A stretch of DNA of 64,000 nt, taken from Candidatus Aenigmatarchaeota archaeon (GTDB lineage: Archaea; Aenigmatarchaeota; Aenigmatarchaeia; QMZP01; QMZT01). The stretch covers positions 41,258 through 105,257 of the forward strand of contig JAPLVC010000003.1 of NCBI GenBank assembly GCA_026397315.1, given 5' to 3'. The notes beneath the pieces are model-generated. The model was given only the letters and a program-made list of their open reading frames with translations. It ran no database searches and was not told where the DNA came from. Position numbers and translations under genes: made by a program. Numbering within the stretch: position 1 is the stretch's first letter; every line of letters begins with the position of its first letter. Positions 1 through 8,856 of the stretch are shown one piece after another.

Positions 1-906
1 TGCGTTGCCGCCCTGCTGCGCGAGCATTTTAGCAAAGACCTGCACATTCGCTAGTAACGCGCCTATGAGTATGACCGGAATGTTTGAAGTGTAAAGGAAC
101 TTGAGAGGCCAGCGCCTGCCGAAGCCGCGCACCGTCGAAAAAGCCAGCGGTATCTCGACGCGAATCGCCTGGACGTAGACAACTAACAGGAAAACAATCA
201 ACGTCGCTATGACGGGTAGCAGGACTATGAACGCGCTGAGCGGTTCGCCCGCGCCCATAAGGACGGCGGCGTTGGGTATCGCTCCGGACGGCGGGTTCTG
301 GATGCCGGTCGATATGGACCCGTCCGACGTGAGCGGGTTGAAGGCGCGGATGACCATCGTCTTCGCGACGCCGGCGACTATGAAAAGGCTTATGCCCGAG
401 CCGAAGCCCCACTTGGAGACGACCTCGTCCATGAACAGGACTATCCATCCGCCCAACGCCAGCTGGAGCACGACGATGAAAGCCATGCCGGAGATCGCGG
501 CTATCGCTCCGAAGGCAACGTAAACATAACCTTCTATGAGACAGAGTGCTATTGAGAGCAGTTTCTGAGTGCCCTGGAAAAGCGTCTTGCCCTTCTGTTC
601 GGAGAGGTCCCATGGTATTATCTTGGAACCGACGAGCAGCTGAAGAATAATGGACGCCGTGACTATGGGGCCTATACCTAACGTGACTAGAGAACCGAAG
701 GTCGAGCCGAGCAGGATTTCAAGGTATTTGAAGTATTCGTAGTTCGTCTTCGATATGCCGAAGACGGTGACCTGCGTCATCGCGAAATAAATAAGCAGCG
801 CGATGCCCGTCCACTTCAGCTTTTCCTTGAAGCTCTGCCTCTTGAGAGGCTCAGATACGCCTGGCAGCCTCTTCAACACGCCGATATAAGCATCTTCAAG
901 TCCCAT
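1..906 (-). CDS. secY: Preprotein translocase subunit SecY (C-terminal part runs off the window)
   Basis: Manual translation from ATG 906: MGLEDAYIGVLKRLPGVSEP...FKEKLKWTG...LGIGPIVTASIILQLL...MDEVVSKWGFGSGISLFI...PLKFLYTSNIPVIL; lies downstream of uL15. Confidence 0.97.
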   Translation of the reverse strand, partial: MGLEDAYIGVLKRLPGVSEPLKRQSFKEKLKWTGIALLIYFAMTQVTVFGISKTNYEYFKYLEILLGSTFGSLVTLGIGPIVTASIILQLLVGSKIIPWDLSEQKGKTLFQGTQKLLSIALCLIEGYVYVAFGAIAAISGMAFIVVLQLALGGWIVLFMDEVVSKWGFGSGISLFIVAGVAKTMVIRAFNPLTSDGSISTGIQNPPSGAIPNAAVLMGAGEPLSAFIVLLPVIATLIVFLLVVYVQAIRVEIPLAFSTVRGFGRRWPLKFLYTSNIPVILIGALLANVQVFAKMLAQQGGNA

Positions 907-1063
907 GCAAAAACCTTCAGATATCCTGTTTTATCCTGCATAATTTTGTGGTGTGTTTTTTATTTGCAGTATTAACAGATAACAGGATTTGTTAATTATA
1001 TTTATAAGTCTTGCTAAAATACGTTTCGGATTTGGAAGGTTTAGTTAAAATAAAAAATAAGAT

Positions 1064-1489
1064 TTACTCGCTGGCTGCGTTCTCTTCCACGGCTTTGCCG
1101 CCGGCTTCCTCTATCTTTTCCTTCGCGTGCACTGAGAATGCCTTTGCAGTCACAGTCAGCGCCTTGGTTATCACGCCTGAGCCGAGGACCTTGTCGAAGC
1201 CGAATTCCGCCAGGTTTATTTCGACCTTGCCGTTTTTCAGCGCCAGGTCTTCGAGGCTGCTGAGGTTTATGACCTTTACTTCCTTCACGCACTTGTAGCT
1301 CTTGGGGACGAAGCCGCGCTTGCCGAGATGGTCCGGTTCGTACTTCTGAAGCCATGACTTCATGTGCTTGAAACCGCCGGAATAACCCTTGCCGCCGCGC
1401 ACGCCTTTGCCGCGCCTCTTGCGCATGCCGCCGTAGCCGCACGTGCGCGTTCCGCGCTTCTTCTCTATTTTCTTTTTCCTGTTCGCCAT
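1064..1489 (-). CDS. rpl15: 50S ribosomal protein uL15
   Basis: RGTRTCGYG...GGKGYSG...GKRGF, KVLGSG motifs; spc operon position. Confidence 0.97.
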   Translation of the reverse strand: MANRKKKIEKKRGTRTCGYGGMRKRRGKGVRGGKGYSGGFKHMKSWLQKYEPDHLGKRGFVPKSYKCVKEVKVINLSSLEDLALKNGKVEINLAEFGFDKVLGSGVITKALTVTAKAFSVHAKEKIEEAGGKAVEENAASE

Positions 1490-1921
1490 TTACATCATCC
1501 TCTCGATGAGCTTGTTTATCTTGTCGCCCCTGTAACCCAGCGCGCCCTTCGGGAACGCTCTCTTAATGCCCTCGTATCCCTTCCTCGGCGGGCTGAGCCT
1601 GAAAAGGGGCTTGAAACCCTTGATATCATTCATGTTTTTCTGCTTCTTTATCGTGTCTGCGACGTCCTTAGCAGCTTTTTCGTCGAGCTTCTTGTCGCCT
1701 TCCATGCGGCCGCGGGCAGCGACTAGCTTCTCGAGCGTCGCTTCGCTGATCTCGCCCCACGTGACGAAGTCCTTGACCTTTTTTATCATGCCCTCGATCT
1801 GCGGCTCTTTCCTGACGATGACGCAATGATTCACGCGCGTGAGGCGCATCATCTTCATCGTGGCGTTTATTTCCTTTTTCTTGTCGACTGTGCCGCGGAC
1901 CCTTATGACAGCAAACATCAT
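1490..1921 (-). CDS. rpl30: 50S ribosomal protein uL30
   Basis: FAVIRVRG...VKDFVTWGE...FRLSPPRKG...GALGYRGDKINKLIERM. Confidence 0.97.
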   Translation of the reverse strand: MMFAVIRVRGTVDKKKEINATMKMMRLTRVNHCVIVRKEPQIEGMIKKVKDFVTWGEISEATLEKLVAARGRMEGDKKLDEKAAKDVADTIKKQKNMNDIKGFKPLFRLSPPRKGYEGIKRAFPKGALGYRGDKINKLIERMM

Positions 1922-2805
1922 CAGATATCACCCTTCGTCCTGCTCAGGTTCTTCAGAGCCTCGAACATAGCCAGCGCGAGGTTTATTCTCGTGCATGACT
2001 GGCCGGAAATCTTTGAGCGGATGTCTTTTACGCCGGCGAGTTTAAGCAGTTTCTTGCTTTCCTTGTCAGCCACTATGCCTACGCCCATCGGCGTGGGCAT
2101 AAGCTCGATCTTGACCGAGCCGGTCTTGCCTGTTGTCTTGAAAGGAATAGAATGCGCCCCGCCGCAGTTGCACTCCCACGAGCCGCAGCCCCTGCGGACG
2201 CTTATGACGTTCAGTTTCGCCTGTTGTAAAGCCTTTTCTATCGCGGTCCTGTGCTCGTTTGAGGACGCCTTGCCTATGCCTATGACGCCGTCGCCGTTGC
2301 CTACTGCGACGACCGATGTGAGCTTGAATCTCCTGCCCGACTTGTGCATCCTGGCTGTCATTCTCGTTGGCGTGCGGCGAATACCGCCGCCCTTGCCTGG
2401 CGTGCCGCCTATGTGCACAAGCTCTTCCATCAGGTCCGGGACAAGATAATCGACAATCTGTGGCTCGAGAATTATTTTGCCTTTCGAAAGCAGGTCTTTG
2501 ATGTCCTTGAACTTGCCGCTGACCACTTCTTTACCCAGTTCAGTCTTCGGCAACCATGCGGAAACCCTTTCCTCAGCCTTTCGCCTCCGAGACGGTTCGT
2601 ATTCGCGGCCCTTCTTTATCTGCTCCTCGACTTCCTCGGTCACGACTTCCTTTTTCTCGGCCGTTTCCTCGACAGCTTCCTGGACTTTCTCCTCTGCAAC
2701 TTCGAGTTCGGTTTCAGCCGTTTCCTGGGCTGCGTCTTCCAAGTTTTCTTCCTTCTTCTCCATTTCTACTCCGGTTTCCTCATGCTTGAGTTTCTTTTTA
2801 GTCAC
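1921..2805 (-). CDS. rps5: 30S ribosomal protein uS5 with acidic N-terminal extension
   Basis: WLPKTELG, RMHKSGRR, VRRGCGSWEC, HSIPFK motifs. Confidence 0.97.
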   Translation of the reverse strand: MTKKKLKHEETGVEMEKKEENLEDAAQETAETELEVAEEKVQEAVEETAEKKEVVTEEVEEQIKKGREYEPSRRRKAEERVSAWLPKTELGKEVVSGKFKDIKDLLSKGKIILEPQIVDYLVPDLMEELVHIGGTPGKGGGIRRTPTRMTARMHKSGRRFKLTSVVAVGNGDGVIGIGKASSNEHRTAIEKALQQAKLNVISVRRGCGSWECNCGGAHSIPFKTTGKTGSVKIELMPTPMGVGIVADKESKKLLKLAGVKDIRSKISGQSCTRINLALAMFEALKNLSRTKGDI

Positions 2806-2882
2806 TTTTTCACCTGCAATCCTGAATCCTAAATGATAATTTTATTGGTTATTATAGATATACACATTATATAAAAGGATAC

Positions 2883-3509
2883 TTATTTATATCTTCGCCT
2901 TTTTTTAATAGTTTCCATCCTCGCCAGGACGTCTTTTGAGGCCGTAAAACAGTCCGCATAAGCGGCCAGCACGCTTTCCCAGCACTCGTCGAGGACGGCG
3001 AAATGAGTCGATTTCAGCGCCTCGTACAGCAGGAAAAGGTCGACCGCGCGATCTTCTGCCGAAAGCGAGAACTTGCCCAGGCCGAAATCGATAAGGTAAA
3101 CGCGGCCATCGCTTCCGCTTAGAATCATGTTCGAGGTCGTCAGGTCGCCGTGTATGATGCCCGCGATATGGAGGCCTGCGACCAGCGCGCCGACCTCTTC
3201 GCACGTCTTCCTGCGCGCTTCTGCATCCATCGAGTTGAGCGCGTCCTTCAGCTTCGTCCCTTTCACGTATTCCATGACGAGCCTGAAGTCGTCCTCTGTG
3301 CGGACGCGCGGGACAGACACGTTGCTAGCGCGTGCGCGCTCCATGAGCTTCGCTTCTGCTCGCGTCCTCTGCTTGCGTATCTTCACGTCGATCTGCGGGA
3401 TGCGATACCCTTTCGCGACGCGCTCTTTCACCAGTTCGCCATCGCGCAGGTAGAGAATCGCTTCAGCGCCCCGCTGGATTATTTTTTCCTTTGTAATATC
3501 ATGGCTCAT
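2883..3509 (-). CDS. bud32: KEOPS complex kinase Bud32
   Basis: RGAEA, KERVAKGYR, HGDLTTSN, IDFGL, EDRAVDL, C-terminal RRRY; start moved to ATG 3509. Confidence 0.95.
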   Translation of the reverse strand: MSHDITKEKIIQRGAEAILYLRDGELVKERVAKGYRIPQIDVKIRKQRTRAEAKLMERARASNVSVPRVRTEDDFRLVMEYVKGTKLKDALNSMDAEARRKTCEEVGALVAGLHIAGIIHGDLTTSNMILSGSDGRVYLIDFGLGKFSLSAEDRAVDLFLLYEALKSTHFAVLDECWESVLAAYADCFTASKDVLARMETIKKRRRYK

Positions 3510-3540
3510 AGAATAAAGATGTAAGGCTTTTTTATATGGT

Positions 3541-3867
3541 TTAGCAGTTGTACCTGTTGACGTCTCTTTTTTCAAGGCACAGAAGCGGTGAACGTGTGAG
3601 GTACATCAAATAAGTCTTAAATTCGCCCTGTGTTATGTCATAGGAATTGCTCGAACCGTAACCGTTTTTTACGTATAACTTAACGGGGGTTTTCGGCTTT
3701 CCTGTATCAACATAGCGTTGCAATATTATGCTCGATGTCTTTGGGCCTATCTCTATGGTTTTATCTCCGAGCGTTATCTCTCCAAATTTAATATTACCGG
3801 AATCGTCTTTCTGTGACTTAAAATGATATTGTATATCTACGATATCCTTGTTCAATCTAGGACACAT
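3541..3867 (-). CDS. Hypothetical protein (AT-rich orphan)
   Basis: 108-aa ORF filling the gap; upstream TTTAAA. Confidence 0.6.
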   Translation of the reverse strand: MCPRLNKDIVDIQYHFKSQKDDSGNIKFGEITLGDKTIEIGPKTSSIILQRYVDTGKPKTPVKLYVKNGYGSSNSYDITQGEFKTYLMYLTRSPLLCLEKRDVNRYNC

Positions 3868-3936
3868 TTAAATCACTTATTAGTGATAAATTTTGTATTT
3901 AAAAAGGTTATTGCGCCGCTTTTGATGATTTCGAAG

Positions 3937-4878
3937 TTATTTTCTCCACAGCTCGCACGTCTTGCATATTTTCTGCGAACTCGGCTCCCCGCACTTCTGG
4001 CAGCGCAGCAGCTCGAAGCCGCCCTTCTTGACGACTTCCCTGATACCGGGCGCGAGGCGAAGGAACGTGTTGAGCACCGAGAACTTTGTGCCCGGACTCT
4101 CGGCCTCGAGCGTGTTCAGGAAGTCGCGCACTTTGAAACGCGGCCCCTCGATGAACGGGCATTCGTTCTCCTGTATCTCCAGCCCGTTGAGTAGCGCGTA
4201 GAGACCGATCTCGCGCTCAGGAATCTCGCGAAAAGGCTTTATACGCGGCACGAAAAGCCTGCTCTGGACCAGCGGCTCGCCTGCCATGCGCGCTAGGCGC
4301 ATCAGGTCGCCGCGGATGTAATCCATCATTATGCCCTGCACTTCGTCGTCGAGGTTCATGCCGAACACGATTTTATGCGCGCCCAGCTCCCTCGCCTTCC
4401 TGTTGAGCAGCCAGCGGCGGGCGAGGCCGCAATAAGTGCACGCCGTCCCTTCCCACTTGCCGGACTTTTTCAGGCCTTTGACGACGTCGCTCAGCGGCCT
4501 GCCTAATTCGTCGCTGAACGAAAAAACGTGATGCTTTATGCGGAGCTTTTTGCACAGCTTTTTGGCTATTTTTAGGCTATCGTCCCTGTAACCGGCGATG
4601 CCCTCGTCGATGGTTATGGCGAACATCGCTACGTCCCGTCGCTTGCGCAGGATTTTGTGCAGCATGTAGAGCGCGGCTGTCGAATCCTTGCCGCCGGAGA
4701 CTGCGAAAGCGACGGTTTCGCCATGGCCTATCATCTTGCCCTTGCGCATCGTCTTGCGGACCTTGTCCTCGATGCTCTGGATGAAGTGCCCGCGGCAGAG
4801 ATACGTGCCCTCGTATTTCCTATGATAGACGGCCTTTTTGCCGCATTTGGTGCAATAACCGGGCTTTGACATAATCAT
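3937..4878 (-). CDS. tRNA 2-thiolation protein, TtuA/NcsA/Ctu1 family (TIGR00269-like)
   Basis: PP-loop SGGKDS, CTYCG, N- and C-terminal Zn fingers, CPF. Confidence 0.93.
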   Translation of the reverse strand: MIMSKPGYCTKCGKKAVYHRKYEGTYLCRGHFIQSIEDKVRKTMRKGKMIGHGETVAFAVSGGKDSTAALYMLHKILRKRRDVAMFAITIDEGIAGYRDDSLKIAKKLCKKLRIKHHVFSFSDELGRPLSDVVKGLKKSGKWEGTACTYCGLARRWLLNRKARELGAHKIVFGMNLDDEVQGIMMDYIRGDLMRLARMAGEPLVQSRLFVPRIKPFREIPEREIGLYALLNGLEIQENECPFIEGPRFKVRDFLNTLEAESPGTKFSVLNTFLRLAPGIREVVKKGGFELLRCQKCGEPSSQKICKTCELWRK

Positions 4879-4986
4879 AGAATAAACCCTGGATTTAAAT
4901 CCCGGCGTATGGCCGGTATGAATTAGTGTTATCACTATAAAGAAGTTAAAATAAAGCTTTATAAGGAGAGAAACGTAGTATATAAT

Positions 4987-5379
4987 ATGGTCAAAAAAGC
5001 AACGATTATCGCGCTAATACAACAGTATGATAAACACACAGAAGTTGAAATCAACTTTAAACCGCGCAACGAAGACGTTGATTTGCACGCGCACGATTTT
5101 TTCGCAACGCCACGTTTGGCCGGCACCAAAATTTTTACATATGACCAGGAGCCGGAAAAAAAACACCCCGGACAAACTGTCCATAAAATAAGATTCAAAT
5201 TGCCTCACACAGGAGATCTGAATGCTCAAGCCGTTGAAGTCATGGTAAATGGCTATGTGAGCCAGCTCACTAGCACTATTAGCGATGCGATGGCAAAAAG
5301 CACGGGTGTAAACACATACCCGATTGCAATGAAAAGTGTCACACAATCAATGGGAAGTGCCGCACAAAAGAAATACTGA
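4987..5379 (+). CDS. Hypothetical protein (orphan)
   Basis: 130-aa ORF with TTTATAA about 22 nt upstream. Confidence 0.65.
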   Translation: MVKKATIIALIQQYDKHTEVEINFKPRNEDVDLHAHDFFATPRLAGTKIFTYDQEPEKKHPGQTVHKIRFKLPHTGDLNAQAVEVMVNGYVSQLTSTISDAMAKSTGVNTYPIAMKSVTQSMGSAAQKKY

Positions 5380-5390
5380 TCCCGTTTTTT

Positions 5391-5591
5391 TCAGCCGCCT
5401 GAGACTACCTTTATCAATTCTATTTTATCGTTGTTCGCCAGCGGCTCGTCGTCCGTTATTATCTCCCTGCCGCGCCTGACGAGGACGGTTTCCGGGTTCA
5501 CGCCGAGCTTTTGCACGGCGTCTATCGCTTTCGCTTTATCCGGCAGGACGAGCGTGTGTTTCCTGCCCTGGAGCTCGGCGACGATTTTCAT
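5391..5591 (-). CDS. Ubiquitin-like sulfur carrier, SAMP2/ThiS/MoaD family
   Basis: 66-aa beta-grasp pattern ending VVSGG; near TtuA. Confidence 0.92.
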   Translation of the reverse strand: MKIVAELQGRKHTLVLPDKAKAIDAVQKLGVNPETVLVRRGREIITDDEPLANNDKIELIKVVSGG

Positions 5592-5652
5592 AACTAATAT
5601 AAAAGAGATTTATAATAAATACTGTAAACCGGGAACAGAGCGCAAAAACAAA

Positions 5653-5812
5653 GCTGGGATGGCCGAGCTAGGTTCAAGGCGATGGACTCGAATGGATATC
5701 ATGAGGCGAATGCCTGTGATTGCGCGACATCCATTGGGCTTCTGCCCGCGCAGGTTCAAAAGCGAAAGACGCAGATTGCATCTGCGTCCGCTTGAAACTC
5801 CTGCTCCCAGCG
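5653..5812 (+). tRNA. tRNA-Ser(CGA) with two introns (37/38 at 5693-5728; 59/60 at 5761-5798)
   Basis: GCTGGGA/TCCCAGC acceptor, ATGGA/TCCAT anticodon stem, long variable arm, G73; BHB-like motifs, e.g. TTCA/TGAA in the T-loop. Confidence 0.9.
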
Positions 5813-5818
5813 CTAACC

Positions 5819-5890
5819 GGGCTGGTGGTCTAGTGGCATGACGTCGCCTTCACACGGCGAAGATCAAGGGTTCAATTCCCTTCCGGCCCA
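5819..5890 (+). tRNA. tRNA-Val(CAC)
   Basis: Cloverleaf with TCGCC-TTCACAC-GGCGA anticodon arm. Confidence 0.96.
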
Positions 5891-5935
5891 TCACGCTGAA
5901 CTTATAAAAACGCATCGGAATAATATGTTGTAATC

Positions 5936-6008
5936 GGGTCCATGGTCTAGTGGCTATGACGTCTGCTTGACGTGCAGAAGATCGCTGGTTCGAGTCCGGC
6001 TGGACCCA
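5936..6008 (+). tRNA. tRNA-Val(GAC)
   Basis: Cloverleaf with TCTGC-TTGACGT-GCAGA anticodon arm; TTATAAA upstream. Confidence 0.96.
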
Positions 6009-6094
6009 TCTTTTTCCAAAGCTTTCACGTGCTTTTTCCGGCGCCTCTTATCAATATATAAATAAAAGACACAGTGATTATTGTTATCAGGCAT

Positions 6095-6227
6095 GCCCCG
6101 GTAGTCTAGTGGCCAAGGATACCGGCCTTTCGGGTGCTTTTCGAAGTCTCGAAAGGTAAGAGCTCCGCAGCGAGCGATGACTTCACGAAGAAAGCCGGTG
6201 ACCCGGGTTCAAATCCCGGCCGGGGCA
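6095..6227 (+). tRNA. tRNA-Glu(TTC) with 60-nt 37/38 intron (6133-6192)
   Basis: GCCCCGG/CCGGGGC acceptor, CCGGC-CTTTCG^A-GCCGG, BHB central helix CTTT/GAAG. Confidence 0.92.
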
Positions 6228-6301
6228 CTTGAGCAAAAGCGCGGTTTCCGCCGCGCCGGCCTGCTTTTTAAACTTTTAAAATTTGACGACAAGTATATTA
6301 C

Positions 6302-7060
6302 ATGAACTACGGCTGCGACAACTGCACCAACTGCGGCGCATGCTGCACTGGCTTGGACATCGAGCTCTCGAAAGAGGACATCCGCTCGCTCGTTTCTCTG
6401 GGCTACAAGCTTGAAGATTTTCTCGAAACAGAGCCGGTTCCCATGCTCAAGACGAGCCCAGGCAAGAGGAGATGCATTTTTCTCGACAACAAAAATTTCT
6501 GCGCTATCCACGGCCGACATGGCCACGCAGCGAAGCCCCACACGTGCAGACATTACCCGAAGATGACGCAAGAAGCGCTTAGCCAGAGGGATTACAGATT
6601 CTTCAAATACGGCGGCAAGACGCTTTCGCGCGACGTGCTGGCCAATATCCTGGCATCCATGAAAGACGTCCACGAGAGCGAGCTTTTCAAGTCTCTTCTC
6701 TTCCGCCTGGAGAAACTGAGAAAACAAAAGGCGTCTTACATAGACACGTTCAATTACGACGATAACAGGAGACACTCGGAACTGCGCAAGACCTTCGCGA
6801 GGAGAAGGGCAATCAAGCTGGCGAAGGCTAAGGTCAGAAGCGACGACATCGCGGAATTCGCCGCCATTACCAAAAGGCGAAGCTTCGACTCGTCCGGTTT
6901 CACCGGTGAGCTGCGCGCGAGGCTCATGAAAGGCGAGGGACACAACCACAACCTGCCGGAAATGTTGCTAGCGTATCTCTACGCGATAAAGAAAGCGGAG
7001 CCGCGCGACGCGAAGGCGGCTGCCAAATATTTCTTCGAGTGGAACGCCAAGAGATTCTAG
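6302..7060 (+). CDS. YkgJ-family cysteine-cluster protein
   Basis: CxxCGACC...CIFL....CAIH......KPxTCRHYP. Confidence 0.85.
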   Translation: MNYGCDNCTNCGACCTGLDIELSKEDIRSLVSLGYKLEDFLETEPVPMLKTSPGKRRCIFLDNKNFCAIHGRHGHAAKPHTCRHYPKMTQEALSQRDYRFFKYGGKTLSRDVLANILASMKDVHESELFKSLLFRLEKLRKQKASYIDTFNYDDNRRHSELRKTFARRRAIKLAKAKVRSDDIAEFAAITKRRSFDSSGFTGELRARLMKGEGHNHNLPEMLLAYLYAIKKAEPRDAKAAAKYFFEWNAKRF

Positions 7061-7127
7061 TTTCCGCCTGCGGCGGGCGCTCAAGTTTTTAAACTGCGAA
7101 ATACTATGTATTCTACAGTGATGGCAA

Positions 7128-7289
7128 ATGCCCGTGTTTGAAAAATACTGCGACAAGTGCGGAGAGCCTTCCACGAGCCTCAAGAACGTCAACGGCAGGA
7201 TGATATGCGCCAAGTGCCGCGGCGTGCATTTCGAAGAGGACGAGGAGCTCACGAGGAAAGCGAAACTCAGGAAAATGTGGCTGAAGTAA
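7128..7289 (+). CDS. Small Zn-finger protein (53 aa)
   Basis: Manual translation MPVFEKYCDKCGEP...MICAKCRG...; GTGA SD-like site upstream. Confidence 0.7.
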   Translation: MPVFEKYCDKCGEPSTSLKNVNGRMICAKCRGVHFEEDEELTRKAKLRKMWLK

Positions 7290-7329
7290 GCAAAAAATGG
7301 CGCCATATAAAAAATCACTCGAAACAATC

Positions 7330-7486
7330 GCGGGGGTACCCAAGCGGTCAAAGGGGCTAGAATACCTAAGTTCGCTTCGACTGGTATGGCCAAGTTTAGG
7401 TATGGCTAAGTTCAGGCATTGGCTGCAAGGCCGTTGAAATGCCTAGTGCTTTAGTAGCTTCCAGGGTTCGAATCCCTGCTCCCGCA
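7330..7486 (+). tRNA. tRNA-Leu with introns at 30/31 and 37/38; anticodon CAG (exon 7410-7416) or possibly TAG (exon 7394-7400)
   Basis: GCGGGGG/CTCCCGC acceptor, CTAGG/CCTAG anticodon stem after splicing, Leu-type variable arm, CAGGG-TTCGAAT-CCCTG, A73; BHB motifs at both junctions. Confidence 0.9.
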
Positions 7487-7550
7487 TAACTTTTTCTTTT
7501 GTTGTCCGGTCTTTTCCAGATTTATTAATAAACCGGGACATAATCTAAAT

Positions 7551-7949
7551 ATGGCAGTTTTCGGCAAATCGCCAGACGAGAAACAGGAAAGGATAATGGT
7601 GGACCTGATAAACAGGGTCAACGAGAACGTCCAGCGATTGAGGGTCATAGAGCAAAAGATGCAGGCGGCCGACCTCAGGATAAACTCGGCCGAGCAGAAC
7701 GTCGTTTCTTACACCAAGAACATGCAGAAGGAGCTCTCGGACAAGAATACAACCATTTCCCAGATAGATGAGAGGATAGAGAAGATAGAGATCGCATACA
7801 TGGAGATTCTCAAGCAGCTAAAGCTCGTCGCCACCAGGGCGAATCTCGATGAACTTAAGCAACTCGTTTCGATATACGACCCGATGAAATCGAGTTTCGT
7901 CACCAAGGAAGAGATGGAAAGGTTTGTCGAGGAAAAGCTTTCAAAATAG
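7551..7949 (+). CDS. Coiled-coil hypothetical protein
   Basis: 132-aa ORF with heptad pattern. Confidence 0.8.
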   Translation: MAVFGKSPDEKQERIMVDLINRVNENVQRLRVIEQKMQAADLRINSAEQNVVSYTKNMQKELSDKNTTISQIDERIEKIEIAYMEILKQLKLVATRANLDELKQLVSIYDPMKSSFVTKEEMERFVEEKLSK

Positions 7950-7987
7950 TATTTTAAGAGGATGCTACAAAGAATATAATAGACGGG

Positions 7988-8854
7988 GTGTTCGCAGTGA
8001 ATCTTAATCCTTTTGGCGGCAAAAAAAAGAGTAAAGGCCCACCGGGCATGGGTGACGAAGCTTTCGGTCCGCCGGCTCATGCGAGAGGTCCTCCGGAAAG
8101 GCGCATCGTACCCACCGATGAAGTGAGGGCATGGTCGTCGAGGGGGATGTCGGAACCCGACATAATAAGGAACCTGCGAAGGGAGGGCTATGCCACGGGC
8201 GAGATAGACCAAGCCATGAAGGAGGCGCTGCGCAGCAGGGTCTCAGGCAACTTCTACAACAACAAACCCATGGTCAACGAATACGGCGAGGCGTCGCTGG
8301 GGCCTCCGCCGGAAGAGGCGCCTGAAAGGGAAGACATACCCAAGGGCCTCGGCTACCCCGGAGCCGACATGGACGATGATGACATAACGCCGCCGCCTTA
8401 TGATTCTCCAGCAGAGCAGCAGAGAGAGCCGCAATACCCTGACATGCCTGAAGGCGACTACTTCAACGAGCCTGCCCCAAGAAGGCCCGCTCCGGCCATG
8501 AGAGGCCCGACGAGGGGGGTTGACAGGCGCGAAATCGAAGAACTAGCGGAAGTCATAGTCGAGGAGAAGCTGCGCGAACTAAAGGAGCACTTCAAGGCGA
8601 TAGACATGCAGTTCCAGCAGGTGACCAGGAAAGTCGACTCGATTTCGGATGAGATGAACAGGGTGCGCATGGAAAAGAGCAACGAAGTGAAAGGCATCGA
8701 GGGCAAGATAGACGGCTACTCCAGGAACATGGACGAGATCAACGGCCGGATGGAATCGATGGAGAAGGCGCTTAAAGACTCGTTGTCACCGATGCTCGAA
8801 TCGATGCGCTCGCTGGCGGATCTCGTAAAGAGCATGAAGGAAAAAAGCAAATAG
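7988..8854 (+). CDS. Hypothetical protein with Pro/acidic linker and C-terminal coiled coil
   Basis: 288-aa ORF, host-like codon usage. Confidence 0.85.
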   Translation: MFAVNLNPFGGKKKSKGPPGMGDEAFGPPAHARGPPERRIVPTDEVRAWSSRGMSEPDIIRNLRREGYATGEIDQAMKEALRSRVSGNFYNNKPMVNEYGEASLGPPPEEAPEREDIPKGLGYPGADMDDDDITPPPYDSPAEQQREPQYPDMPEGDYFNEPAPRRPAPAMRGPTRGVDRREIEELAEVIVEEKLRELKEHFKAIDMQFQQVTRKVDSISDEMNRVRMEKSNEVKGIEGKIDGYSRNMDEINGRMESMEKALKDSLSPMLESMRSLADLVKSMKEKSK

Positions 8855-8856
8855 TT

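Noticed and set aside
29-613. ORF-track calls 29-613 and 209-523, and other long shadow ORFs such as 6209-6949, 27997-28947, 49735-50691 and 57769-58725
   Set aside because: They are off-frame or antisense to well-supported genes (secY, YkgJ-like, nuclease, rep-like, ATPase).
5431-5841. 136-aa ORF
   Set aside because: It overlaps the SAMP gene antisense and runs through tRNA-Ser.
6133-6192. Alternative CTC anticodon exon or C/D guide RNA inside the tRNA-Glu intron
   Set aside because: TCTCG is present but lacks a convincing BHB, and there are no complete C/D boxes.
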